Shown: in pieces, positions 13,361 to 24,767 of the stretch | Layout of the letters: the number at the start of each line of letters is the position of its first letter | How positions within the stretch are numbered: position 1 is the stretch's first letter | Source of the DNA: Raillietiella orientalis | Lineage: Eukaryota | Reading direction: 5' to 3' | Length of the DNA: 64,000 bases | Assembly: GCA_036172245.1 (NCBI GenBank) | Contig: JAYWIR010000016.1 | Coordinates: forward strand, 3,410,001 to 3,474,000 | Notes under the pieces: generated by a model | Database searches by the model: none | What the model saw: only the letters and a program-made list of their open reading frames with translations | Told to the model about the DNA's origin: nothing | Translations under genes and position numbers: made by a program

Positions 13361-14047
13361 GTCATCGACTTTGGCTCCAGCTGCTTTGAGCACCAGCGGA
13401 TGTATACCTACATCCAGTCTAGGTACTACCGCGCCCCCGAGGTGATTCTGGGAGCCAAGTACAACATGGCGATCGACATGTGGAGTCTCGGATGCACTTT
13501 GGCGGAACTGCTGACTGGATATCCTTTGTTTCCTGGCGAGGACGAAGCGGACCAGCTGGCGTGCATGATGGAACTTTTCGGCCTTCCTCCCGAAAACCTG
13601 TTGAGGGAAGCCAAGAGAACGAGGAACTTTTTCAATTCCCAGCGGTACCCCCGTTACTGCACGGTGACCCCCTTTCTTGATGGTTCGGTTATACTAAGCG
13701 GCGGACATTCCCCAAGAGGGAAACCGCGGGGTCCTCCGGGAACAAAGGATTTGGTATCCGCCCTGCGTTGCTGCAATGATGAGCTGTTTGTTGATTTCAT
13801 CCGAAGGTGCATGGAGTGGGATCCGGAATTTCGCATGACTCCATCCGAAGCTCTAAGGCATCCGTGGCTTCGGCGTCGTTTACCGCGGCCTCCGGAACTA
13901 ACAGAAATCCCGTCACGATTAATGAGTACTTCGACCCGTCCGTTGGCGAAGAAGAACGTAAGAAAGCTTCAGGAAGAGGTCGACCCCATCCAGCACCTGC
14001 AGACCTGTCGCGTAAAGCTGCCTCCGATTGCTAACAAGATTTCCTAA
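13361..14047 (+). CDS. DYRK2: Class-2 DYRK kinase, coding exon 2 (C-lobe and tail)
   Basis: Acceptor tttttcccattccag| is followed by [31 protein letters not shown] (YxY activation loop), [36 protein letters not shown] and [12 protein letters not shown]. Stop TAA at 14045-14047. Joins exon 1 in frame across intron 9319-13360, giving 538 aa from the first ATG. Confidence 0.95.
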   Translation, partial: VIDFGSSCFEHQRMYTYIQSRYYRAPEVILGAKYNMAIDMWSLGCTLAELLTGYPLFPGEDEADQLACMMELFGLPPENLLREAKRTRNFFNSQRYPRYCTVTPFLDGSVILSGGHSPRGKPRGPPGTKDLVSALRCCNDELFVDFIRRCMEWDPEFRMTPSEALRHPWLRRRLPRPPELTEIPSRLMSTSTRPLAKKNVRKLQEEVDPIQHLQTCRVKLPPIANKIS

Positions 14048-14500
14048 TAGCGTGACCCGACGGATAGTGTCTCGATGCTAGTCTACGTGTCGCTCCGTCC
14101 TGCTAACCCCCCCCCCCCCCCTGCCATATCCTTGTCTAGTGCTGCTACCTGGCGAGTTCCTTCGCGAGGTCTCCGTTTTATGTCAGTCGAAAAGCAGGAA
14201 GACGCCGCTTTTCTGTCCCTTGCGCGAGCGAATTGAGGATGTGATACCGCGTTTTATCCGTCTCGTTTCACGTGTGAAATGCACGCTGCCTTCGGGTGTT
14301 TCGTTTTCGTTTTTCCTTTCCTTTCCTTTTCTCGTTTTCGTTTTCCTTCCTTCCCCCCTCCTTTCGTTTTCCTGGTTTTCCGCCGTGGACTCGCAAGCTC
14401 ACCCGGTTGCGGTCCAGCGGGAGCGATCTCATGTAGTCAACTGCTTCGATCTCAACAGGCGCGTCACTGCCCCTTGCTGCATGCTGCAAGCGAAGTGTGC

Positions 14501-14506
14501 AATAAA
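14501..14506 (+). promoter_or_regulatory. Candidate DYRK polyadenylation signal AATAAA
   Basis: First AATAAA about 450 nt after the DYRK stop; a second lies near 14697. Motif evidence only. Confidence 0.35.
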
Positions 14507-17500
14507 ATCTCTCGGTTTTCCTACAGTTCCCTCTTGGCTTCATGTGGTTGAGTGGCAACAGTAGAAGCTTCCGTTGCGACCTGCTGGTGGTTCGAACGGC
14601 CGCAAAGTTCGAAACAGAAGATTGAAGTGGCTCGGCATTTTCCCTCTGCACGTGATGGCGGCGTCAGTGATGCGACCGCCATTGGTTTGCACACGCAATA
14701 AAGCTTTTGCAGTTGCGCAAAAAAAGAAAAAAAGGCTTTTCATTGGCGGCCTCCGCGGTTTCTCATGCGGGGGAACCTCGGTGGTAGCTGCAAAAGAATT
14801 CCGTGCTAGAGCCGTACTCGGCTTCCCTGCCGTTCTCTGCTGCCCCAGAGTCCAGGATGTGGTCGAGCGCAGAACCGGTCGTGTGGTCGGAGCGATGACT
14901 CTTGACATCTTGATGGCATTTCCTTCCGTCTGCGCCCACGCCGAGAATCGACTACGCGCCTGAGGCGCGCAGAGAGCCGACGCCGTGACAGCACCCGGTT
15001 TCCAGGAGACCGCGCCGCTCACCAGCGGCTCCGTTCCCGTGCCCCATCCCGAGCTCGTGGCCGGCAGCTGCTCGGCGATCTGCACACACGCCGCTCGTCA
15101 GGACGCCCGAAGAGCGGAACTTCTTCCCCGAAGTGCTACCGCTCCGGGATCGATCGCGAAGAGTCCAGACAGCTGATTCGCATTCCTCTCGAGTTTTCCC
15201 TGGTGCTCGTTCGTAAGGGTTGCTTTGCCCTCACTTCCGATTCTTCGGAATTCAACAATCTCTACCCCCTTTGTGGATGTGCTTACTGCGTGTATGCAGT
15301 GTTTCGTCTTCGCTCCTGTTCCTGTCCCATGGTTTGCATTCGATGCTTCTAAGCAGTTTTGCTGGGTGGACCTTTCCGAGATGGGAGGAGTTTCGTGGTA
15401 ACCGTACTATACCAAAGGTATAGATGTCGAAGTATGATTCTGAGCGTGATGTGTTCGCGTCGGAGGCCGCGTGGCTGCGGTCTCCGTTCGAATACTCGGG
15501 AAGAATCGACGCCGAGAAATTGGGGGTGCTTCGTGGCTTCGAGTTCCTGCTGCAGGATGACGCTGGTTGGCCTCTATTCGGATGCGGCACTGGTAGTGTG
15601 GTTCAAACCGGGGGTGCCCCCGACGAGAGTCCGGGATTGGGAGTAGACCAGGATCAAGGAGCCTTGTTCCCTTCGGGACTCCCTTCCGGTTATGTAAGAA
15701 GCTGGCCCATGAAACGCTTTCGGAAGCGGTCCGGAAGAGAATCCTCGAACCGGCAGCAGACGAGAATGTCGGAGATTTCATGACGGGGACTTCCGCCGGA
15801 AAATTCGCAAGGCTCAGCAGGGACGTCGAGAGTCTTCGGTCCAAAGGAAGGAGGGCCTCGAGAAGAACAAAAGCCTGCTGGAAGTTTAATGATGAGAGAG
15901 ACCAACATAGCGGTCGACGGCGTCACCTTCAGCAGCAACATGAGGAGAGAGTTTACCTCCGGCATGAGAGCACTGCAGAGAAAACACGCGTGGCAGTCCC
16001 TCGTTCAGAAGCGCCTCAGTCGAGGAAGCGAGCCATCCAGTGTATGGGCGTGCACCAGGCCTCAAGCTTCGTCCTCACCCAACGGACAATACCAGGGATT
16101 CCACGACTACAGATTCCTCCACGCAGCCCGACTAAACGTCCTACCAGTCGGGGTTGGGTCCAGGATGAAACCAGGGTAACGCGCATGTCGGCGCTGCCGG
16201 ACGTGCTTCTTGCCATCTTCCGGAGTCGCTCCGTTGCACCCCCAGCGGTTGCCCGTTTCCCATTCTTCCATCTTCTGACGCGACTTGCTGTGGTGGAGAG
16301 TGTCCGGTGCATCCCCCCTAGCGGATTCTGGTTTGGAACCGGTGCCGCCTCCTTTCAGCATATCTGTCAGCGTGTCATCTGCTTTGCCTCTGAGGTTTGC
16401 AGCGCGCTCTTCTCGAGCCGAAACGAAACCTCGGCGTTTCCCTAGCAGCAGCGGAAACACTGCTGAGGTTACTCCCATGTTTTCTGGGGACGGACTTGCT
16501 CTCTGTGGCTCTGCTCCTCGAATCGCATGCCAACTGACTTTAGTGTTCGATTAAAGTCCGGGGGATGCTGACTTGTGGAAGTTGCTCGCGGTCGTTCCTC
16601 GAAGACTGCCTTCATGGGATCGCTTTCCCGCGGAACTATCCACTTTGCCGCGAAGGGTTCCCACAGTTCCATTCCTCGGGCCTTCTGGAGGGGCGAGTCA
16701 GAAGAAGAGCGCGGGCCCACGACGAGTTTAATAAGGTTTGATCTGCGTCGACTTTCCCTCACTCTCCCTTCGACTTCCCTCTCTGTGATTTGGGGAAGCA
16801 AGAAACGCTCTTCCCGAGGGTCGCCGCGGGAGCAGCCCTGCCGTGAAGGGTGCCTTGCGGAATGGATGGAGGCCTCCGGGTCCCCGCTATTTGCATATCG
16901 TTGACTGCTGGGCACTTCGTTCTTTTTGAACACTGCACTCCCCTGAGAGTGCGCCACCGTCGCCGACGTTCGTCTTATTGCTACGGGGGAGCCGCCGCGC
17001 TTCCCACGTGAAGGTGCGCTTCATTCGCCTAGACGTTCGACAAGTAGCCAGAGCTACTCGTGCCTGGATGCTGGAACTTCGTCTTGCTCTGTAGCTGGAA
17101 ATCCGGGGTTTCCCTTCGTGATTTTTTTCCGGAAGGCTTCCGGATCTCTTTTTCCCGGACCCTTCAGGGCGGTAGAGATGATTCCGGTGTCTGAAGGCGG
17201 GGGAAATGTAGGATGTCTGCTTCATCGCTTCTCCGGTGGGAAGCTTCGGAGAAGTTTGGAATGCTTGTGCGGCAATGGACCCCCTTGGTTGCCACTTCTC
17301 CCTCCTCGGACAGCAGCAGCCAGGTGGCTCGCACCCATTTTTGTTTTCTCCCGTACCCCTCGGCTGCCAAGGTGGCCCCCTTCCCCTGCCGGTCAGCGCA
17401 CCGGCGATCCGGCAGGTCCGTGGACAAACGGAGTGTGGTCGGACCACGCGTCCTGCCACAATCTATGAGTTGATTTTAAGTTGTATCAAACGCCCCGGCG

Positions 17501-20500
17501 TGTCCGGGTGGAAAGGGGAAAGCACCAGTGTGGAGGGGGCTTTTCCCTTCCCCTCCCACGAGTCAGAGAGGAACGGACTCCTTCCTCCGGAACTCTGCCT
17601 GGATTCGTGGGGTAGCTCTCTTTCGCGAGGCACCCCCTATAACTTGATGAGTTACACGCGCCCTCTGGTGGCGTGGACGTCATCGTGAGCCGCCGCCAGG
17701 CGGACGGGTCCTCAGCACTTGGAGGACGGAGAAAATGAAAATCCGACAAAAAAAAAAAAAAACAGCTGAGAGGTAAGCAGCGAAACCGAAGAATTCGAAA
17801 GGATCTCCATGAGTCTCGGGAACGATCTCCTGGTTCGAGAACGAAACGTCTTCCCGATCGGTTGCATTCGTCTCTTCCAGAGCGTTTCCTGGCACGAGTT
17901 CGGCGACATTGCTCCAGACGGGTGCTGCGGCGGCGCCGAACCTGGAAGTTAGGCAGGGAGGATCCTGTCTCTGGAATTCGGGAAAGTCAGAAGCGGGGTT
18001 TCACCAGCTTCCTCCTATGGAAGAACCTCCTGACTTTCGAGGTGCCCTCCGAAACGGGTGGACGGATGAAAAAGCCGAGCCAACTGCTGCTCTGGGCGTC
18101 AGGCCCTTTGGGAATTCGGCGTGAACCTCAAACCTACAACCTGGAGTGGAGCTTGGACGGAGCTCCGTGTTGTCGATGTCTCTTTGCCATTTTTGAGGTC
18201 AGGGTTACCCTCCCCTTTCCCTTCCCTCGAGCGCTCCGTGAGTAACCAAAGTCTGTATTGGGGCTCTGAGGCGTTGGAGGGAGTTGGCCGTGTGGACTGC
18301 CTGCTGCAGTCCACGTGTGTCCTTCACCAACAGTGGCAACGCTGCTCGGGTGCTGCAGAAAATCCTCTCTCCTCCATTTTCCCTGTGATTCTGAATCTAT
18401 GAATTGGGACCTCGGATTGACACTGACGCTTCCATTCCCTGCGTCGCATCGCAGCACGCTGCTGCCTGTTTCTGCACCAGCTTCAGGGTCTGTACCCATC
18501 CGACAGGGTTGCGTATCCTGTCACTCGAGCCGGAAGCGATCTGCGAGGGTTCCGGTTCGGAAGGGTTCTTCGTAATTCCTGTTGAGGACACGACAGAAAC
18601 GACAACGTACTTAGCTCCCTTGAAAGATCTTTGAATGGACTGGAAGCACTGAATGAAATTTTCGAGACCTCCACGCAGACGAGAAGGCACCGAGAGCACA
18701 TGTGGAAAGAAGAGCAAGGTCGTGAAGGATGCAGAAAGGTTTGCCTCTCGAAAGAGAGGCGGAAGAGAGGAAAGCAATGCGAAACACGTTGAAGAACTGG
18801 GCGGAAGTGGACCCATCCATTGTCAAAGCAGTGACGATGAAGCCCAACGCGACACAGACTCCGTAGCACGGGTTTCAGCCAAGAGATCTCTGGAGGGCAG
18901 CACGTGAGTTTCCTTTGATCTCCTCGGAACCCTGTAATCTGGATTCCCCTCACACGACAATATCCTGATGATACTTTCCGCACGGGTTCCATATATCTTG
19001 CCAAACCTTGATCGACTGCCGAAGTTTCCATCAGGCTGCTGCAATCGCGTTGCCAAGCAGCGACGCTTCGATTGTCTGTGTTCGGGAAACCAGGCAACAA
19101 GAGAACCATTCGATTTTCAAGGAATGGAAAATCCATACCTGCTAAAAGGAACGAGCCTGCTGGTGGGAAGGCCATCTTTAGGTGCGAGAAATTTTGCGGA
19201 CAACCGTTTGTGACTTGAGATTATCCAGATGGATCCAGAATAAAGGGGGATCTTTACACGATTCTTTCTGCAAAGTGTAAGCAGCGTGCTCCTCCACTTC
19301 CAGAACGGGAATCCCGCAATTTGTGTCGGCTAGTCCAAAGATTTTTTTTTCTTTTTCCCTACTCCTAATGGTCGCTCCGCTATAATTGTATTTGTCTACA
19401 GTGCATCAGACCCGCCTGCTTCTTTCGAGTCATTATCATAGTCGCTTTTGTTTCAGGCTTGCCTGTTTTGTTTGTTTTTGTATTCGGTTTCACGTTTGCA
19501 TAAGGTTTTCGCGGAGTAAACCACTCCACCGCCACACGAATCGGGGAAGAGGTAAGGTTCAGAGACCTCCCACTGGTTTTCGATTTTTTCAAGGGTGACC
19601 ACCACCATGGATACACAGCGAATGGCTATCCGTGCAGCATTTTCGGTCGCCCTCATTAATCAAGATTGATGTCATTTGTGTGTGTGTGTGTTTTTTTTTT
19701 TTAAAGATTTGCACCTTTCACGAAGTGCCAGAGGAACAGACTTTGTTCAAAACTCGTAATGCTTTTTTATTTTGATTGGATGCAGTCATCGCCATAGCCG
19801 AAGAATGAGATCCAACGCCACTTCAAGGTGAATTTTGTGGATCTGATTGAACTCTTTATCTGTTACAAATAAGGCATTGGCGATTGTAATTTTCTGTTTT
19901 CCATTCTACACATTTTCTGGACAGTTTCCTTGCTTAGGAGAGAATTGAAGTAAACCCATTATGATTTTTGTTTAGCACATGCATATCCTCAAGGAATTCC
20001 AAAGAACGGATATTATGATTTTAATGAATGCTATTTGCATGCTTGAAATTCGTAGGAGAAAAGCGAGGATCAACATAAAAAAACAATGATGCCAACAACA
20101 AAAAAAAAAAATGCAGTAATCGCGGAAATCTTCAAAACTTCATTGTTTCCTCTTTTCATCATTTATACTCATTATGATGTAAAATTCGAATTAATCACTA
20201 ATAATTCAAATGAGCAATTCAAATAAAGAAGATAATTTATCACAGAAATCATTCGTGAAGAAAGTTGCTTTAACATGCGTATCATCATTTCAATTATTTG
20301 ATACACGTTTTCCATGTCACTTTGTAGAATTATGGCTTTAGAGTGCACATCTCTGGCAAGGCATAATTCCATAATTAAATTGGGTAACTGAATGGAGCAC
20401 GTAACTTCCATATCAGTTGAGTGCTTGCATGGCTGCAACGACTCAACATATGCCAAACCATAATCTCTTTAAAAGTTGCCTTATTGATATCCATATTGAA

Positions 20501-21758
20501 GTCATCGCTATATTTAAAAATAAATATTATTTACCTTTTTAAATCCAACTATGCATAAATATTCTTGGGAAGACCAGTATATAAGCTGCTGCGAGCAGTG
20601 CAGACAAATCCAAATATAGATGATTTGTTCTGAGGCAAACGTTTCCTCTTTCTCGGATTAAAAAAAAACAATACTGCTCCCTGAAAACTGGAAACTGCAT
20701 TTAAACTCGTCTTTTGGACTTTCACTTCTGAATCTTTACGTAGCCTGGTTTGTATTTAAAAGAATTATGCAAAGCGTTTCTACTGTGCAATCTATGCAGA
20801 AAGAGGTTCAAGTATAAAACAGCATTTGAACTTCAGAACGCTCCAGTCAACCGAGGTACACGTTCATATGTAAAAATCCAGCATTTTGTACCTTTCAGAG
20901 CTCTCATGAGCGATGATGCTCTCGGACAGTTGTCAAGTTCTAAGTGTGCATGTAACTGTTAGTAAATACTCGTGTATAATCTGTTACTGGCCTTCATATG
21001 GTTTATAGCACATTGTAAGGTTAATGAGAAAAACGGTCACGTCAAAGAAAAAATTAAATTCCATGATTGGATGTTTGAATCATTTTTCTGTTACTTTTTT
21101 TTTGCTGGAAAATATGCATTTATAGTTGCAAAACTCAAAAGTTTTGAGAGTGCTTTGAAAAATACCTTTTTTGAAATTCAAAGTTTTCACCCTAGTATTG
21201 TTCTGAATAGCCTATGGTTTTCCTTTCTTTCTTTTGCTTGGGTAGCATCCAAAAAAGATTTTTCCTTTGAACTCACAATATTTTATTTGTTCATGTTGTA
21301 AAATAACCGCACATCAAATAAAGTTCTCATAATTTGATTTCCCAGTTGCCGTGCACTCGAACGCCTCTGTCTTGATAAATAAGGGCTCTAAATTTGTATA
21401 CAAATGTATTATCTTTTCTACCTATTGTTGTTCCAAGTCTAGGAAGGAGTGGTATCCCTTCTCGATCTCATAAGAAGTTGCGGTACTTCCGTAAAAATAC
21501 CGATTTACCCATAATTTATGGTTTGTAAATTCAACTTTTGGCTGTTACGTGTTTGATTGGGGACTCTTGTTTGATTAACTGAAAAACTTGAAAACCGTCA
21601 ATAGATTTTCAGAAGTTATTTTTTGTGTCTTAAATTTGTTTCTCAATGTATTGTAATTTTGAACGGGCTTAACCGATAATGTACAGACAGTTTGACCAGG
21701 TATACGCATACCATAAGTGTTTGACTAATTGTAATGCACTCATCCTGTAACCGTGGTT

Positions 21759-21774
21759 GTGTGTGTGTGTGTGT
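21759..21774. repeat. (TG)n microsatellite
   Basis: About 8 TG units; a similar short run lies at about 19677-19690. Confidence 0.8.
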
Positions 21775-22626
21775 TTCCTTGAGTTGGAATTTTGCATTAT
21801 TGGATGATGCCTAAGCAATTGTGCCTTTGTTTAATGTGTGTCACTTTAACTGCAAACAAGTGTTTGCCGCCAAATTTAGTTTTTAAATTTTCTGGATGAT
21901 TCACAGTAATGTATTATATTGAAGATTTACCTCTTCTTTATATTTGAACGAAACGCCATGCACATATATTCTGTGATTTTAGTGTTTACGATCTTTAAAG
22001 AATAAAGGTGCAGCAATCTTTATTGGTGTGCATTCTACATCAAAATCATAGTTGCAAACATTGTATAACTTGATCGTAGTTGCAATATATGCAAGTGTAT
22101 GTGCTTGACTTCTTTCCAAAATTTTTACTTATCTGAAGGAAATGGCTTGTTAGCCCATGACATGTGAGAAAAATCCTTTGTTACTGTACTGTAGAAGAAC
22201 CAGGTGAATTAAAGAATACTGCTGAAAATAATACTGTATTTTGGATTATTAGGCAATTGAATCTTAGTATTATTTATCAGTTTTTTCCATGATCTTATGC
22301 ATTCCATGTGGTGTGCGTATGTGTTTTTGCCAGTAACTATTGTTTCATGTTTAAATTATATGAAATGGTTAACCCCTTTATGGAGTGTACATGCAGAAAG
22401 TAGTTAATTCGTGACCCCATGTTCAAAAACCTTCATCTTGATAATGTTCACATTCCGATGAATAGGAAAATTGCATGATTTTACTTTAGTTCAGTGTATA
22501 TTCTTTGGAAAATTGAGCTATTTGCATTTAACTTGAATTTTTTGTACTGTTTATCATTAATTACGATGCATTTTATAGTGCCATATTTGACTTATCAAAG
22601 CTTAGCGGGAGAACTGTTTTCTCAAA

Positions 22627-23644
22627 ATGTCCGATGTTGACGAATTAGCCGCTTACAGTTCTGATATTCATGGTCTAATGGGACTAGATGGGTTGGATGC
22701 CAGTGAAAATGGTATTGTGGAAGAACCCAGTATAGATGAAAACCCTGCAAGTATAACTGATGCAGATCAGTCTCTTGATGATCCAGTGAGAGAATAATTG
22801 CTCTTAATCAATCCAGAATCATTTTTTGAACAGGAACTAGAGGCTATTAAAGCTAGAGTCAAGGAGATGGAAGAGGAAGCTGAAAAATTGAAACAGCTTC
22901 AAAGCGAAGTTGATAAACAGATGAATATAGGTAGCCCACGTGGAATCAGTAAGTAATTCTCAGTTGTGAAGCAATTTGAGATTATTAATATAATTTATTT
23001 GTGAAATCAATATTGTATCTTTAAATGATAAGAATGCTCATAATTATATGAATTTGTGATTCTGTTCAGCCAGTCCACTTAATATGTCTGTAGAAGAAAA
23101 AATGGAGGTAGACGCCAGGTCAATTTTTGTAGGAAATGTGAGTCATGTATGTTACTGTTGAGACTTTAATTGGACAATCATAGGTTGATTATGGGGCTAC
23201 AGCAGAAGAACTGGAGCAGCATTTTCATGGCTGTGGTTCCGTTAATCGTGTCACAATATTGTGTGACAAATTTTCAGGTCATCCGAAAGGATTTGCATAT
23301 ATAGAGTTTGTGGAAAAAGATTCAGTGACTACTGCAATGGCTTTAGATGATTCCTTATTTCGTGGTAGACAGATAACAGTGAGTTTCAGTGATAACTAAC
23401 AGCATACCACATTTTGCAAAGGTTATGCCCAAACGAACTAATCGTCCAGGAATCAGTTCTACCAACAGACCACCTCGTTTTCGCATGGGGAGAGGTCGTA
23501 TGCGAGCATCATACTATTATGGATATCGTCCCAGCCGAAGAGGCAGGTGGGTACAATAAGTGGAAAAGAAAGAAAGAAAAAACAAACCGATGCATTCCTG
23601 TTTGTTGCAGAATGCGACGAACAGCTATGTTCACACCATATTAG
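22627..23644 (+). CDS. PABPN1: Nuclear poly(A)-binding protein PABPN1/PABP2, 231 aa, 6 exons
   Basis: Exons 22627-22785, 22834-22948, 23070-23137, 23184-23378, 23422-23546, 23611-23644, all GT-AG and phase-consistent. Encodes [29 protein letters not shown] (coiled coil), the [68 protein letters not shown] and an Arg-rich tail ending FTPY*. The ORF track misses it because the exons are short. Confidence 0.97.
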
Positions 23645-23942
23645 GGTTTTTATACAGAATGGATAAACATTGGGTGAAAAATATGGCTCCTTATGTACGT
23701 GGCAGCATTTGCAGTTAGGGTGTAAGATCAGGTTTGAGCAGCCCTGCTGTTGCTGCAAGAAAATAAGGAAAAAAAGAACTTGATAGGAAATGAAAAAAAG
23801 TGTGTTTTGTGATGCCTGTGTGCAGTGATATGTCCATTAATATTGTGTACTGTGTCCTGTATCTACTTTCAGCTTGTGTAGGTCTGCCTGCCAGTTGCTG
23901 CTGCTGCCAGTAATTTCCATTCTTCCTTTCTTTATTCTTTTA

Positions 23943-23948
23943 AATAAA
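23943..23948 (+). promoter_or_regulatory. Candidate PABPN1 polyadenylation signal AATAAA
   Basis: AATAAA 300 nt after the PABPN1 stop, followed by T-rich sequence. Confidence 0.55.
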
Positions 23949-24013
23949 CTTCTTCTTTATTATATGAAGGTATACATGTAACTTACAGGCATGAAAAATT
24001 TCATCAGTAAAGC

Positions 24014-24767
24014 TTAAAGTTTTATTTTTTTATCCCAGTAAGCAATTCTTGCTGCTACATCAGGAGTGCTGCCCAACAACTTGTTTTGATTAGAGCTTTC
24101 TGCAGTGCTCTGGGAATTGGCATGCTGGTGCTCCATGGAATGTTCTTTTGCATCGATCTCTGAAAGCTGAGTTTCAGATGTAAATCGAGTTTGGCGATCA
24201 GCTGCCCAAGTGTTTACCCTTTTTGCGTGGTTGCTCTGTTTGCAGGCCTCAGGTTTCATTCCCTCATCTGAAAGCTAAATTCGCCGTGTAAACGAGAAAA
24301 AAAAACAAAACAAAACCTCCTTATGTAGCAAAGGGTACCTTTTTTGTGTGCTTGTTCTGCTTGCACTCACCAAGATCTTCCTCATGCACAAAGTAATCGC
24401 GCTTGTATCTGAATCATGGAAGCCATGCATTACTACGCTGTTTGATTCGGGGTATCGTTTTTTTACCTTTCCGAATTGATTTTTGGCAAGCCGCAGTAAA
24501 TTCTTTTGGCCCTCTCGTTTTGCGCATCGTGGTCATCCGATGACCTGATGTGGGAGTTTCTGTTGGGAAAACGTGGCAATCCACATTGGACCGCGGATAC
24601 TTGCTTCGACTGATGGTCATCCTGCCTGTAGTGGGTGTACGATGGCGCAGAATTTCGCCATTTGGTGCGCTTCAGAATGTTTTCTTTCGAGTACGGGTTG
24701 TTACGCAGGTTCACTGGATTCTGCCACTTCTGATGTTCTTTCTCGGCGATGGTGGTGGCGGCGGCGG
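24014..24767 (-). CDS. Terminal exons (24767-24467, 24408-24371, 24267-24014) of the Slac2-like gene
   Basis: Encode TIAEKEHQKWQNPVNLRNNPYSKENILKR...INSER|YKRDYFVHEEDL|DEGMKPE...TPDVAARIAYWDKKIKL*. GT-AG junctions are in phase. Minus-strand AATAAA at 23956-23961 and 23931-23936. Confidence 0.75.

Noticed and set aside
14100..19300. Dense ORF-track hits downstream of DYRK
   Set aside because: No recognisable domain or phase-consistent exon chain. Treated as GC-rich UTR or intergenic DNA, although a diverged gene cannot be excluded.
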